Source: Vitrella brassicaformis CCMP3155
Lineage: Eukaryota > Protista > Chromerida
Assembly: GCA_001179505.1 (NCBI GenBank)
Contig: CDMY01000571.1
Location: 248,001-312,000 of the forward strand
DNA: 64,000 nt
Reading direction: 5' to 3'
The position numbers were made by a program, and so were the translations under genes. Of the stretch, positions 12,593 through 24,032 are shown piece after piece (within the stretch, counting starts at the first letter, position 1; each line of letters opens with the position of its first letter). Under the pieces are notes generated by a model that worked only from the letters and a program-made list of their open reading frames with translations, had not been told where the DNA came from and ran no database searches.

Positions 12593-14242
12593 TCAGCCGC
12601 CACCCTCCGCCTCAGCCGCGGCACCCTCACCTGCCCAAGGCACAACACACACACACACACACACACGAGTGTGATGCAGGTCACTGCTGCAGGTCGACGT
12701 GGGGTTCTCTATGGTGTGTGTGGCTGTCTGTGTACCTCCGCCGCCCTCTCCGCTGCCGTCATCCAGACCATCACCCTCATCGCCGCTGCCATCGTCCGAA
12801 TCTGCACACACCACACACAGACAGAGAGAGAGAGAGAGAGAGACAGAGAAGGCACATCTTCCTTTCTTCCACCTGTGTGTGTCCGTACCATCGTCGCTGT
12901 CATCATCATGTTGTTGTTGCTGCTGCTGCTGTACTTGTCCGTCGAATACGAATGACGCCACTGCACCCAACGCCACGCGAGCCATCTGAGTGGTCACCGG
13001 ACAACGGTGCTTGAACAAAACACCCTCACACACAGCCGCCTCAGTCGTGTAGACAAACACAATCACTGCGCACAAGGGCAAGAAACACTGATGAGATTCG
13101 ACCAGCAGCAGTCCCTCTCTGTGATTCTGACCGTCGTTGTCTTCTCTATCCTCAATCTCGATCCACGCGACGAATGGGTGGCTGGCGTCGGTCAGCACCA
13201 GCTGTCGCGCACGACCGTCCCAGCTCATTGTGGTTGTCCAGCCGGTCACCAGTGTGTGGGGCGACTCGGTGAAGAGGTCATTCAGACGACCGCCACCGAC
13301 ACCCCTGAAACAACCACACCAACACATGACTTGTGGTGTCCCCTCTCGACCCCATTGGTTCCCTTGGTGTGTTACCGATTGAGTCGAGTCGATGTCTGAT
13401 TTTTCTGGCGATCCATGTGGAAGTGGTCGACGATCTTTTCCTTGGCAAACGACAACACTGACGCATTGGTGAACCCCTGGCCACCGAATGACATCCATCC
13501 GCCGATGATGCCCCAGTACTCGATGCGGCTGCGCACCGGTGGGTCATGTGGCTGTCGATGCTGCTGGTATAGGTGGCCGGCAGGGAGGGGCGGGTCGACC
13601 TCCAGCTCGAAGTCGGGCTCGTCGATGATGGCCCGCACCTCACCGTTGCCGTGTTGGAACAGCTGGAGGCAGCTGCCGTCACTGAAGCGGACGTGGGGGC
13701 CGACCATCTTGAGCTGCGCCAACACACGGGGAGCCGACACATAAGCCTACACACACGACCACACACAGACACACAGAGAGAATGAGGCCCTCTCCTTCCG
13801 TCCCCTCCCCTCCCCGCCCGTCTGTTTGCCGGCTCACCGTTATGTTTGCGTGTGTGTTGATGTCAGCCCCACTGAGGGTCACAGGCAGCTCACAGTTGCC
13901 GCACTGCTCCCCCAGCTCAATCACCTCGCCCACCTCGCCCCAGTCCCCTTCCTCCACCACACACACAGCCGCCAGCAGATCATGTTTGCCGAACTGGTCG
14001 TCGTCGAACCGCAGCAGCTGCACTTGCTGCCCATTCACCGCCCGCCGCAGCAGCCCCGCCTGTGAGCCCAGCGAGTGGCTGAGCCGATCTCTCAGCTGCG
14101 CTTCTCCGAAGAGCTGTTTGAGCCAGGTGCAGGTGGCCTTCAGCCGCACGACGTCCTTGACGCTGAGGAGGTACCGGCTCCTCCGGCCCACACACAGGTA
14201 TGACACGGGGTGCTGCCGCTGCTGCTGCTCGTGGTGCTGCAT
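12593..14242 (-). CDS. Member of an expanded lineage-specific family with a possible degenerate F-box-like N-terminus; subtelomeric copy 1
   Basis: ATG 14242 MQHHEQQQ..YLLSVKDVVRLKATCTWLKQLF; open GC3-rich exons 13837-14242, 13374-13748 and ~12880-13300; acidic low-complexity tail. The 3' end is approximate. Confidence 0.8.
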
Positions 14243-15710
14243 GGGATGGATGGGCCAAGACGGTCAGATGAGTGAGTGAGGCGGTGGTCGACGAGAGGCT
14301 GCACAGGGCGACAGCCGACAGACACACAGAGAGAGAGACAGACAGACAGACAGAAAGGCCAACGCATTCATTGAGGTCAGTGGATGAGCGCATCACTCAG
14401 TCAGCGAGTCAGTGAGTGTTGGGCCTCCCTTACCTCCGATGTCTGTCAGCTCAACGGCCCGCCACCCACCAAAGCAGTCGAGAGGACGACTGACTGACTC
14501 CCTTGGACTGACTAGGGACTCTTCTCGCCCTCTTGTCTTGTCGGCCGAGTGCCTCACTCTCGCGGCGCACAGCTGTCCGACAAGGCGCACAAACAAAACG
14601 CCGCACTTTGGCCTCTCGGGAATGGGGCGATAGGGTAACAAACCCTTTGACCCCTCGTCAAACCGGCTCTTTCGGTTGTTGAGATTTAGCCGTGTCCTCA
14701 TTCCCTTCGTTGCGTGGTCGGCCCAGCCCACACGAACGTGTCAGTCAGGCGGGGCGGCTGCTGGCGGCACTGACAGACACAAACCGGTGTGGCGGTGCCT
14801 CAGCCAGGTCAGTGAGTCAGTGAGTGAGGCCTCGAGCATCGCCAGCCATGATGCTTGTCATCTGTGTGTCTGTGTGTCATCAGCGCTGATGGTGACGACG
14901 ATACGTGCTGAAAGAGGACAGATCGGCCGAAGCGCCGACACCTGAGTGACGCGTCTCTCTCCCTCTCCCCCTCTCTGCCTCGTCGACTGACCAAAGGCAC
15001 CAAGACAAGGCGATACCTCTGACGGCGGGTGTGCCCGTCTGATGGTACGCAGACACCAAAAGGGAAAGGGACATACAGAAAGGCCGATGACGTCTGTTTG
15101 TCTGCGGCGGTGTGTGTGTGTGTCAGCTTTGACCGATGTGCTGATTTTGGGACAAGCGAGACGACGACCGAGCCCTCTATCTCTTTGCCTGCTGAGTGCT
15201 GCTCGTCCGTGTGTGTGTGTGTGTGTGTGTGGATCCATTTGTGTGTGGGAGGCAGGATGATCGGCCGATGAGTCGACGGACCCCCTCTCTCTCTGTCTGT
15301 GTCTGTCTGTCTCTCTGTCGCTGTGTGTGTGAGGTGACGGCTGTCGTGTGTTGGTCGGCCTTATCTCTCTGTGTGTGTGGACTGTGTGGGGTTTTGCGTG
15401 TGGGCCGTCTATCTGCTGCCGTGAGTGTGTGGGCCGGTGAGTGGGGGGAAATCTCACAGACAGACAGACAGACAGAGAAGGGGACGATTGGCTGATTGGC
15501 TGCACAGAGAATCGCTTTGTGGGGCGGTGTTTGGCCTGCCGTCTGGCTGTGAGATGCTCGAGTGGGATGGCTGTTGGCGAGAGCGTGTTGATCTCTCGTC
15601 GGTGCATCCGTCACACACGGGCGGCTCACAGACAGACAGACAGACAGGCCGACAGGCCGACACACACACCGATCCGTCCGTTCGCCTGGATTGGAAGGAG
15701 AGAGAGAGAG

Positions 15711-15761
15711 ATTGTCTTCCCCTCTCTGTGCATCTGGCTTGCACAGAGAGGGGAAGACAAT
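15711..15761. repeat. Perfect 22-bp inverted repeat with 7-nt loop
   Basis: ATTGTCTTCCCCTCTCTGTGCA (15711-15732) is the exact reverse complement of 15740-15761. Confidence 0.95.
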
Positions 15762-15793
15762 GCACACCACCTCTGTGGTGAGTGGTTTCCCTC

Positions 15794-17127
15794 TCCCTTT
15801 GTGGGCATCTTGCACACCAACCGGCAACCTGAGAGCATCAGCCCATGTGTGGTGTTGGTGCTTTGGCGTTGCCGGGTGGTGACAGAGATGCACACAGAGG
15901 GAAATGGACAGACACGCGACAGTGTGATGATTCGATGTCGACACACACTGACGCACATGCCCGTATGGATCTTACGGATGGGTGCCTGCCTCTCTCTGGT
16001 GGTGTGAGTGTGTGTGGGTGCCCGACGCATGACATAGTAAGGTGGTGGGTGCGCTTTTGCCATCCCACCCACATGACCCACCGCTGACACCCACGGAGTG
16101 GATGCCCCTCTCTCTCTCTGCCGACGGGTGAGTGGGGGGCCTGGCGTATTGTCGAATGAACTGAGGCTTTATGTGTGTGCATCACATAATGGTGTTATGT
16201 CTGTGTGTGTGTGTGTGGGAAGGAGAGAGAGAGAGAGAGGCGTTTGTTTGCTTCCCTTTGATGCGCATCGTGTGCTGGTGCGCTGATTGTGAGCTGCTTC
16301 ATGGACACGTCACACATTGAGTGTAGGTCCCCACTCTCTGTGTGCGGTAGCCATCGAGCGACTGACAGACAGACACTGTCCACACACGCACGTTCCATGC
16401 ACACAAAGGAGGTAAAGACAGCCGACTGCTGCCGGTGGGTCATATGACGTGGATGAATGGATTTCCCTCCGTCTGTCTGTCTATCTATCGGTCTGTCTGT
16501 CTGGTGTGATGTGTTGTGTGTGACACTCGCCATGTTCTTCGATCTGCTGATGCGCAATGGGCGCTGTTGGCTGTCAACGTGTGTGAGGGAGAGAGAGAGA
16601 GATTTTTCTGTTTTCGCTAGCTGTGATCTGTATGGCATTAGTGTGGCTTTGCTGCCTTCGTGTCCCTCTCTGTCCTTTTGTGGACATGTCACAGCGGTCG
16701 GCAATCTCAGAGTGGCAGCGTGTGGCTGTGTCTGTCGCTCTTTGACTTCCGGGCGGCTGCCGAGATGCACACAAAAGGGAGAGGGGGGCTGTCTGATGGA
16801 CACACTGACACAGACATACACTGATGTGATGTGTGGATGTGCCTCTTTGCCACTCTCCGCTGACGGCCATGTGTATGTTGCCGTCACGGCTCTCACCTGC
16901 TGGCCCGTCTGTCTCTATGTGTGTGGGTGGGTGGGCAGGAGAGAAAGAGGCTGTTTTGTTTCTGTCTGTTATCGTGTCTTCAGTTTTCCTACCTGCCTTC
17001 CTGTCCATCTCCCTTTGTGGGCATCTCTGTCACCGCCCGGCAACGCCAGCGCATCAGCCCATGTGTGGTGTCGGTGCTTTGGGGTTGCCGGGCGGTGACA
17101 GAGATGCACACAAAGAGAAGAATGGAC
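15794..17127. repeat. Three paralogous ~110-125 bp fold-back elements (A 15794-15902, B 16664-16785, C 17003-17127)
   Basis: Shared right arm CCGGG(C/T)GG..GAGATGCACACA(A/G)A..G. In copy C, 17021-17044 is the exact reverse complement of 17084-17107; A and B retain outer stems. Confidence 0.85.
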
Positions 17128-17405
17128 CCACACACACGACTGATCACCCATCCCACCAAATATGGCAGTGGATGTGTCCTCTTGCCGTCCGTCTATGCAG
17201 CCACACACGCACATGGATGGATGGATGTGTGCTTTGCCTTTTCTACATGAATCGACGCTGGATATGTCTGTGCGATACGTATAGTGGAAAGAAGAGAGGT
17301 ATAAGATGAGCGCATTAGCTCTCATGTTTTACAGAGGAGAGAGTGAGGGAGAGGTCTGTTCGCTTCCTTGTGGTGTCAACGTATTGGCGTGCTGACACCA
17401 GTGCT

Positions 17406-17482
17406 TCTTGGTGACCGAACACATTAAGTGTTGATCATCGCTGCATCTTGGTGACCGAACACATTAAGTGTTGATCATCGCT
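17406..17482. repeat. Direct tandem duplication, 37 bp identical, period 40
   Basis: TCTTGGTGACCGAACACATTAAGTGTTGATCATCGCT at 17406-17442 and 17446-17482. Confidence 0.95.
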
Positions 17483-17795
17483 CTCTGTGTGCGATGGCCG
17501 TGGAGCGGCTGACAGACAAGACACAACCCAGAAGCGGATGGATGGACAGAAGACAGCTGTGTTGACGAGACGGAACAAATACACTGTGACTCGCACACAT
17601 TAATGCATCCGTCATTGTACCTGCGTGTGCATCACATGATGCAGTCACGCTAACCCACACACCACATGCCGTATTACGCACACATACATCGCTCAGGCCG
17701 CCACAGTGGGAGTGAGCCGCTGCCACACATCCTCACACACATGCCGCACCTCAACCACCTAATTGAATATCACACACACACATAACATCCAGCTC

Positions 17796-18088
17796 TTTAG
17801 GGTTTAGGTTTTAGGGTCTAGGGTTTAGGGCTTAGGGTTTAGGGCTTAGGTTTAGGGTCTTAGGGTTTAGGGTTTAGGGTTTAGGGTTTAGGGTTTAGGG
17901 TTTAGGGTTTAGGGTTTAGGGTTTAGGGTTTAGGGTTTAGGGTTTAGGGTTTAGGGTTTAGGGTTTAGGGTTTAGGGTTTAGGGTTTAGGGTTTAGGGTT
18001 TAGGGTTTAGGGTTTAGGGTTTAGGGTTTAGGGTTTAGGGTTTAGGGTTTAGGGTTTAGGGTTTAGGGTTTAGGGTTTAGGGTTTAGG
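17796..18088 (+). repeat. Telomeric repeat array (TTTAGGG)n, about 42 units, with degenerate proximal units
   Basis: Direct reading. Variants TCTAGGG, CTTAGGG and TTTAGG occur in the first ~70 bp, then perfect units run up to the N gap. Confidence 0.98.
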
Positions 18089-18388
18089 NNNNNNNNNNNN
18101 NNNNNNNNNNNNNNNNNNNNNNNNNNNNNNNNNNNNNNNNNNNNNNNNNNNNNNNNNNNNNNNNNNNNNNNNNNNNNNNNNNNNNNNNNNNNNNNNNNNN
18201 NNNNNNNNNNNNNNNNNNNNNNNNNNNNNNNNNNNNNNNNNNNNNNNNNNNNNNNNNNNNNNNNNNNNNNNNNNNNNNNNNNNNNNNNNNNNNNNNNNNN
18301 NNNNNNNNNNNNNNNNNNNNNNNNNNNNNNNNNNNNNNNNNNNNNNNNNNNNNNNNNNNNNNNNNNNNNNNNNNNNNNNNNNNNNNNN
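18089..18388. other. Assembly gap (300 N)
   Basis: Run of N. Confidence 1.
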
Positions 18389-18666
18389 ACCACACACACA
18401 GCCGCCAGCAGATCATGTTTGCCGAACTGGTCGTCGTCGAACCGCAGCAGCTGCACTTGCTGCCCATTCACCGCCCGCCGCAGCCCCGCCTGTGAGCCCA
18501 GCGAGTGGCTGAGCCGATCTCTCAGCTGGGCCGCTCCGAAGAGGTCTTCGAGCCACGTGCAGGTGGCTCTCAGCCGCACGACGTCCTTGACGCTGAGGAG
18601 GTAGCGGCTCCTCCGGCCCACACACAGGTATGACACGGGGTGCTGCTGCTGCTCGTGGTGCTGCAT
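18389..18666 (-). CDS. 5' part of a close paralog of the 12593-14242 gene (copy 2), truncated by the gap
   Basis: MQHHEQQQHPVSYLCVGRRSRYLLSVKDVVRLRATC..; 18389-18700 aligns almost base-for-base with 13956-14280. Confidence 0.85.
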
Positions 18667-19274
18667 GGGATGGATGGGCCAAGACGGTCAGATGAGTGAG
18701 ACGCTCGACGAGAGGCTGCACAGAGCGACAGGGCCGACAGAGGATCATGTCCATCAAGCATGCTGCTCACAGATCTGTGTGCTGCTCACCTTGTTCGATG
18801 GTCGCGTGGGGGAGAAGGGGGGAGGCCGACCCGACAGACAAATCTGGGGTAATCTGGGCGTCTCTCGCTGGTCACACCGGGGGAGCCACACCGGGATTTG
18901 TCTCTTCCTCTTGAATCCCAGCCAAGCTCGCAGATTTCCAGGCAAGCAAAAGCGATCGCGAAGGGAGAGCTTGAAAATTCAAACATTGCGGCTTCTTTGC
19001 ATCAGGGAGACGACGCCATCGCTCAGAAAACTCCCTCTCTGAGATAACATCGCATTTCTGCTGTGTTTGTCGTAAGCCCTCCCGTCTTGTGCGGCGTTGT
19101 GATTCGGCTCATTGACCCATCGGCTGACTGATTTGCTCGTCGGACATTCGCTGCCCTCTCACCAGTAAGCACACGCACAAGAGATGACAGACAGACGCGC
19201 GAACGACACACTCACTCACTGCGCCATTGTGTGTGTGGTGGTATTCAGGCGCCGTGAAGCCAGCGGGCGGCAGC

Positions 19275-19968
19275 ATGAGCAGCACATCGGCATCAGCAGC
19301 TGCTGCAGGTGGGCTGACTCACTGAGTGGGAGAGGCAGGGGAGGGGCTCACCTGTGTGTGCTGTGTGTGTGTTGGCCAGGCAGTGGTGGACATAGCGGTG
19401 TCGTTGCAGTCATCAATCACAGCGCCACACAAGACGATGAGCAGTCGGTGAGCCATGGTGCGGCCACACAAGCAAAGACCGTCATGTGCTCTCTGAGTCT
19501 GTTTCTCGTGCGTGATGATGTTGTGTGTGTGCGTGCCGGCCTCCTTTTTCAGAAGTCGTCTGATCTGTTGGCGCGCATGGTGAAGTTGCACCATCAAGTA
19601 GGTGGCTTGGCTGCAGACACAGACGAGAGGACATGTAGGCAGACCTGAAGATGGATGGATGGCTGTGTGTGCAGATGAGCGACTCGATCAGATATCTCGC
19701 TGCCAAGGTCAGTCAGTGGGTCGACAAATGGCTGGCTGAGCACACCATGCACGCTGTGTCATTTGTCATTGCCCACTCCCTCCTCCGTTTGCCTGTGTGT
19801 GGTAATACCTGTGGTTGTGTGCAGGGGTCTGTCGGAAAGAAGCACCTGCCGATGCTGGAGAGAGCCATCGCAGACAGCTCTAGTGCACTCGACCGACTTG
19901 ATGGCTTGGCACTGGTATGCACACACGCATGCATCATTGATCCGCCCTCCGATCCATTCTGAGCTTTG

Positions 19969-20004
<36 letters not shown>

Positions 20005-21800
20005 CTCAGCTGGAGGGCCACTTCAAGAACTTCGCACTCGCCCCTCCTGACGATGAAGTCGAGGAGGGATGGGGGAGGATCGAGCCCTTCTTTGCAGAGG
20101 CACGTGTACCCATCGATTCGATGGACGCACACCGACATTGTGGCCGGGTGGACTTAATTGCCGCATCTGATCTGCAGGCGCCGTCCATCACCATCAGTGG
20201 GGATCTCTCTGACCACTCATCCGACGCAGTCGACTCGCAGACAGAGACGCTGGCACAGGTACGAACAGGTACAAAGCCACGTATGCTGTACCTGTGCCTT
20301 TCGTATTGCATATCTGCTTTTGCTCCAGGGCCCCGGCAGCCGATTTGCCGACAAGGCCGTCACTCATGAGACCACTAAGGCCACTCAAACACAGAAGAAG
20401 GTACGACAGCGGAGCTGGTACACCGTGCTGCCGACATCATGACGGCCGACGTATGCTGTCTGTGCGTGTCATTCGTTGTCTGTTAGGCTCACTTGATTGG
20501 GTTTGAGTTCGTGCGGCAGCTATACGCCCTGCCCGAGACCCTCATGCACGGCACACTTTTCCCCCTCATCCACCAGCACCCCCACACTGCACTCGCCAAG
20601 GTCAGCAGTGCCCTCTGCTGCACCTCACCGGCAGTCGGCAGCGCCGTCGCGGCCGCCCTCATCGCACAAATCGACAGCATCATCGAACGCCTCAAGGGAC
20701 TCATCGGCTACACCCAGATCCGTCGGCACCTGCAGTGGCACCCGGGTCGGTGTGTGGATGTCCGTCGGCCATCCCGACTGATCCGCCTTCACTATGTGAT
20801 GGTGACGGGCGGCGACTGGACGGGCAGCGCGCCGCTGCTGCGGCTGGCCAAGAGCTGCAGTGAGATCCAGTCGCTGCCGATCGAGCTGACGGCTGAGGAT
20901 CTGTGGCGTGCGGGCAGCAAGGCCGTCATAGACAGCCGCCCGCCCAGCATGAGGCAATACGCCCTCTTCAGCCACCGACTGGGAGAGGTCAGGCACCTGT
21001 CGCGCGATGCCAACGGGCGGGAGAGGCTGGGCGGCGGTGTGGTGACGGTGCACACACAGCAGACGGTGCCGGTCAGATATCGAGATCGATTCGATGCGGC
21101 CGATCCCCCGTGCCGACGTAGGAGAGGGGAGGGCACAGCACCACAGGGGAGCCAACTTGACATGGATGGTGTCTGCCGCTGTGTGTCTGTGTGTTGCTGC
21201 AGACGTTCGTGACTTCGGCAGCTTCCGTGAGTTGGTCATCGAGAGGTAAGCAGCGAAATGAGAGAAACACCAATGTCTCCTGCTGTCTGCCTTTCCGCTT
21301 CCTGCTCTTTCAGTATGGTAGTAGAGTCGTCGTTGCTTCAGGTGTGGGATCGTTGGTGTTATGAATCAGATCCGCACTCTGCTGAGTTTGACCGCATCTG
21401 TGCCCTGATCGACCAGCAGCCGCCCGTCTGCCGCACCATCAACTACGGCATTGCGATACACACGGACGGCATGAAGGGCCGGCTCGTCATACTGCATGGC
21501 GACGAGAAGGGCGACAATTTCATGGCATACATGGAGATGGCAAAGTGGAGTGACGTGTGTTCATCCATCCACCTCTGCACCACCGAGGCGCCCCATCAGG
21601 GCGGCAGTGGTCCTGCTGCCTTCCCGCGGACAGTGGCCATCGCCAACAAGAGGATGGGCGACGCCGTCACGCTACTCCCAGAGGTCAACAACGCCATCAA
21701 CACGGGTACATACGCACGAGAACACCAGATGAGCCCAACACAAGAGTGAGACTGTCTCTTGTTTCATGACTGCAGCTGTCGGGGTGACGTCGACGTGACT
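19275..21800 (+). CDS. Multi-exon lineage-specific hypothetical protein, distant relative of the subtelomeric family
   Basis: ATG 19275 MSSTSASAAAA; a series of GT-AG exons; long exon 20487-21120 with TGGDWTGSAPLLRLAKSCSEIQSLPIELTAEDL; 3' exons near 21340-21800. The end is approximate. Confidence 0.7.
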
Positions 21801-22146
21801 GAGGTGGGCTTGGGCGGCGGCACGCACGACATCGGAAGTAGCTGACGTGCAGTGGGGCGGCAATGGGAAGGGCGCGAGATGGACCGACCAGCCTGTCTGT
21901 GCTGCCTTCATCTGTGTCTGTCATGTGTTTGCTCCCGGCCGTTTTTCTTCCTCGTGTGTCGATGTGGTGCGTTTATCTGTCTGTCTGGATGGACATACAC
22001 CGCATGAACCGAGTGCGTGAGTGGTCGGACTGCATCTGTGCACGAGCATCCTTTGGCTTGATGACACACCAAACGTCAATCTGAGTCTGTCAGTTTGTTT
22101 GTTGTGTTTGTTACTCTACTATAAGCTGCTCACTGCACATGCACAC

Positions 22147-22236
22147 TCATGCGACCCATCCATTTGGTGATAAAGTCGTTGCCTCGTCCACAACGATAAA
22201 GGCCGGGAAGTTCTCCACCTCTATTTTCCACACAGC
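22147..22236 (-). pseudogene. Isolated, frameshifted last exon of a class I (Fe-S) fumarate hydratase
   Basis: CAG acceptor, then AVWKIEVENFPAFIVVD; the next conserved block GNDF follows in a shifted frame (GTG GAC GA GGC AAC GAC TTT versus canonical VDDKGNDF). No other fumarase exon was recognised nearby. Confidence 0.75.
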
Positions 22237-22629
22237 CTGCACACATCGCATCCATTGCACCCAGAGAGAGCGGCATCCAAATGGCTGTATCATATTGCAT
22301 TTATCATATTGTACTCACTCCGGCAGACAGACAGGGAGACATACATGTGAGCACAATATGACCTTTCATCTGTTGGCTGGCCGGATGGGTGAATGGATGG
22401 ATGTTGTTGCTTGCTGATAATTCATTCAGTCGAGCTAGAGGGGAGAAAGGTCCCGTACGCATTGTGCGACTGTACCCGTGTTGTGTGTGGGGTTGTGGCT
22501 CTTCTGCATGGCTGAATGAGTGAGACAGAAATGCATCGCTCCCTTCACACGTTAGACAGTGTCGGTCGAGTGTCCACCAGAAGCTGCCTCCTCCGGCACT
22601 CAACACCCACTCTGCGTGCCCTGCTTTCT

Positions 22630-23290
22630 TCAAAGAGACTCTCGGATATAAAATGGAGGCACCGATCGATGGCCGCTGCCGCCAACAAACACACACATAC
22701 ACACAAAGAAAAACCACACAAGACCGCATGTCTCTCTTCCCTCCGCCCTGCCATGTATCAGGTGCACTATTATGGCCATTTGCACCCGTCGGGCTCCTGG
22801 ATGGTGACAGGATATACACACATTCGCACACTTGAAGCACATCCAGACAGACAGACAGACGTGACCTCTTGTCTGTGTAACTAATGCCATGCTCATGTAC
22901 TTGGCGAGTGCAAGGAAGCATAGATGTACCACTCGAGAGCTCATCAGACCATACTTTCGCGCCACTTCAGCAACAATGGGAAAGCACACGGCTAATTCTA
23001 GAGAACACAAGAAATGATGTTAGCACAGAGGCGTCTTTGTGAGAGGCTGCGCACCTTCAGCTCTTGGGCCATTCGAGGCTTCGCCGATCTTCTTTAGAGC
23101 CGACTCAATGACTGGCAGATCTTGGTCCAGGTCTCCTGTGGCAGAGACGTGTATGCAGAGGAAAGCATCTATGTGTCTCTCTTTTGCTGCTGGTCGGTAC
23201 CCGTGAGGCTTCTCAGGTCGGCAATGATTGATTATGTTTGGGACTTGAGTGTTGTCAATGCTCGTCTCATCTAGCTTGGATGGTGCGGCG
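22630..23290 (-). pseudogene. Frameshifted duplicate of the C-terminal (ARM-like) exons of the kinesin gene at 29209-34289
   Basis: [27 protein letters not shown] versus kinesin [27 protein letters not shown] with the same exon boundaries; VAEVARKYGLMSSRVVHL versus [19 protein letters not shown] 4-nt duplication (GATTGATT 23226-23233) breaks the frame. Confidence 0.8.
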
Positions 23291-24032
23291 CCAGCCGCTC
23301 CGACATGCCGCTGTTTCTGACGGCATTAGGGGCTGCAATCTAAATGACAAGCCTTGAGCTGCCGCTCCATGTCGCTCTTGATCTCGGCATTCAGGTCATT
23401 GCCGAGGTCTGACGGCACAGCACAGCGCAAGCCGTGCGTGCGGGCCTGACCTGGAGTGATACCACCGTCGCCATCATCTTGTCAACTTCCTGAGCGCACA
23501 CCCACAGACTAGCGCTTCCGCTACACAGTGGAGACATGACGATTGTACACTTCCCACCCTCGAGTTGATGTCCAGATCGGTGTCCGTGTCGTTGGATGCC
23601 GTCCGTGGTCGGCTGATCCTTGGCCAACACGGATGGAATCTGGATGGCCCTCTGGATGTTCCAGAACATGACGCCTGTGACATTAGGGCCTGCAAACATC
23701 ACGCCACAATACAGACAATACCACTTTGACACACGCATGGTTCTGCATCTTGTGATATGTATGTTGTCAGTTCGGTATCCTCACCCGAACGCGGCGTCAT
23801 GGGTGAAGGCGGAGAGCGGCCCGCAGGTGTTCGCGCCGTTATTGTGCTTAAAAGCGATGAATGACGACTTCGCTTGGCCTGTGTTGGTGTCATCGATGGC
23901 CGCTTGCGCTTATCATCATATGACAAGCTGCAGAAAGAGAGACACGTCCACCTTCGTCTTATGAATGATACAAGGTATATGACGCGCACACACAGATCCA
24001 CGTCACCTTGAAATGCCTTCGTGGCGGCCGCC

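Noticed and set aside
17950-18467. ORFs containing X runs (also 47853-48503)
   Set aside because: Artefacts of translating across N gaps and telomere repeats.
20100-20177. Possible third GC-AG intron (GAG|GCACGT)
   Set aside because: The 78-nt segment is in frame and stop-free, so it cannot be distinguished from coding sequence.
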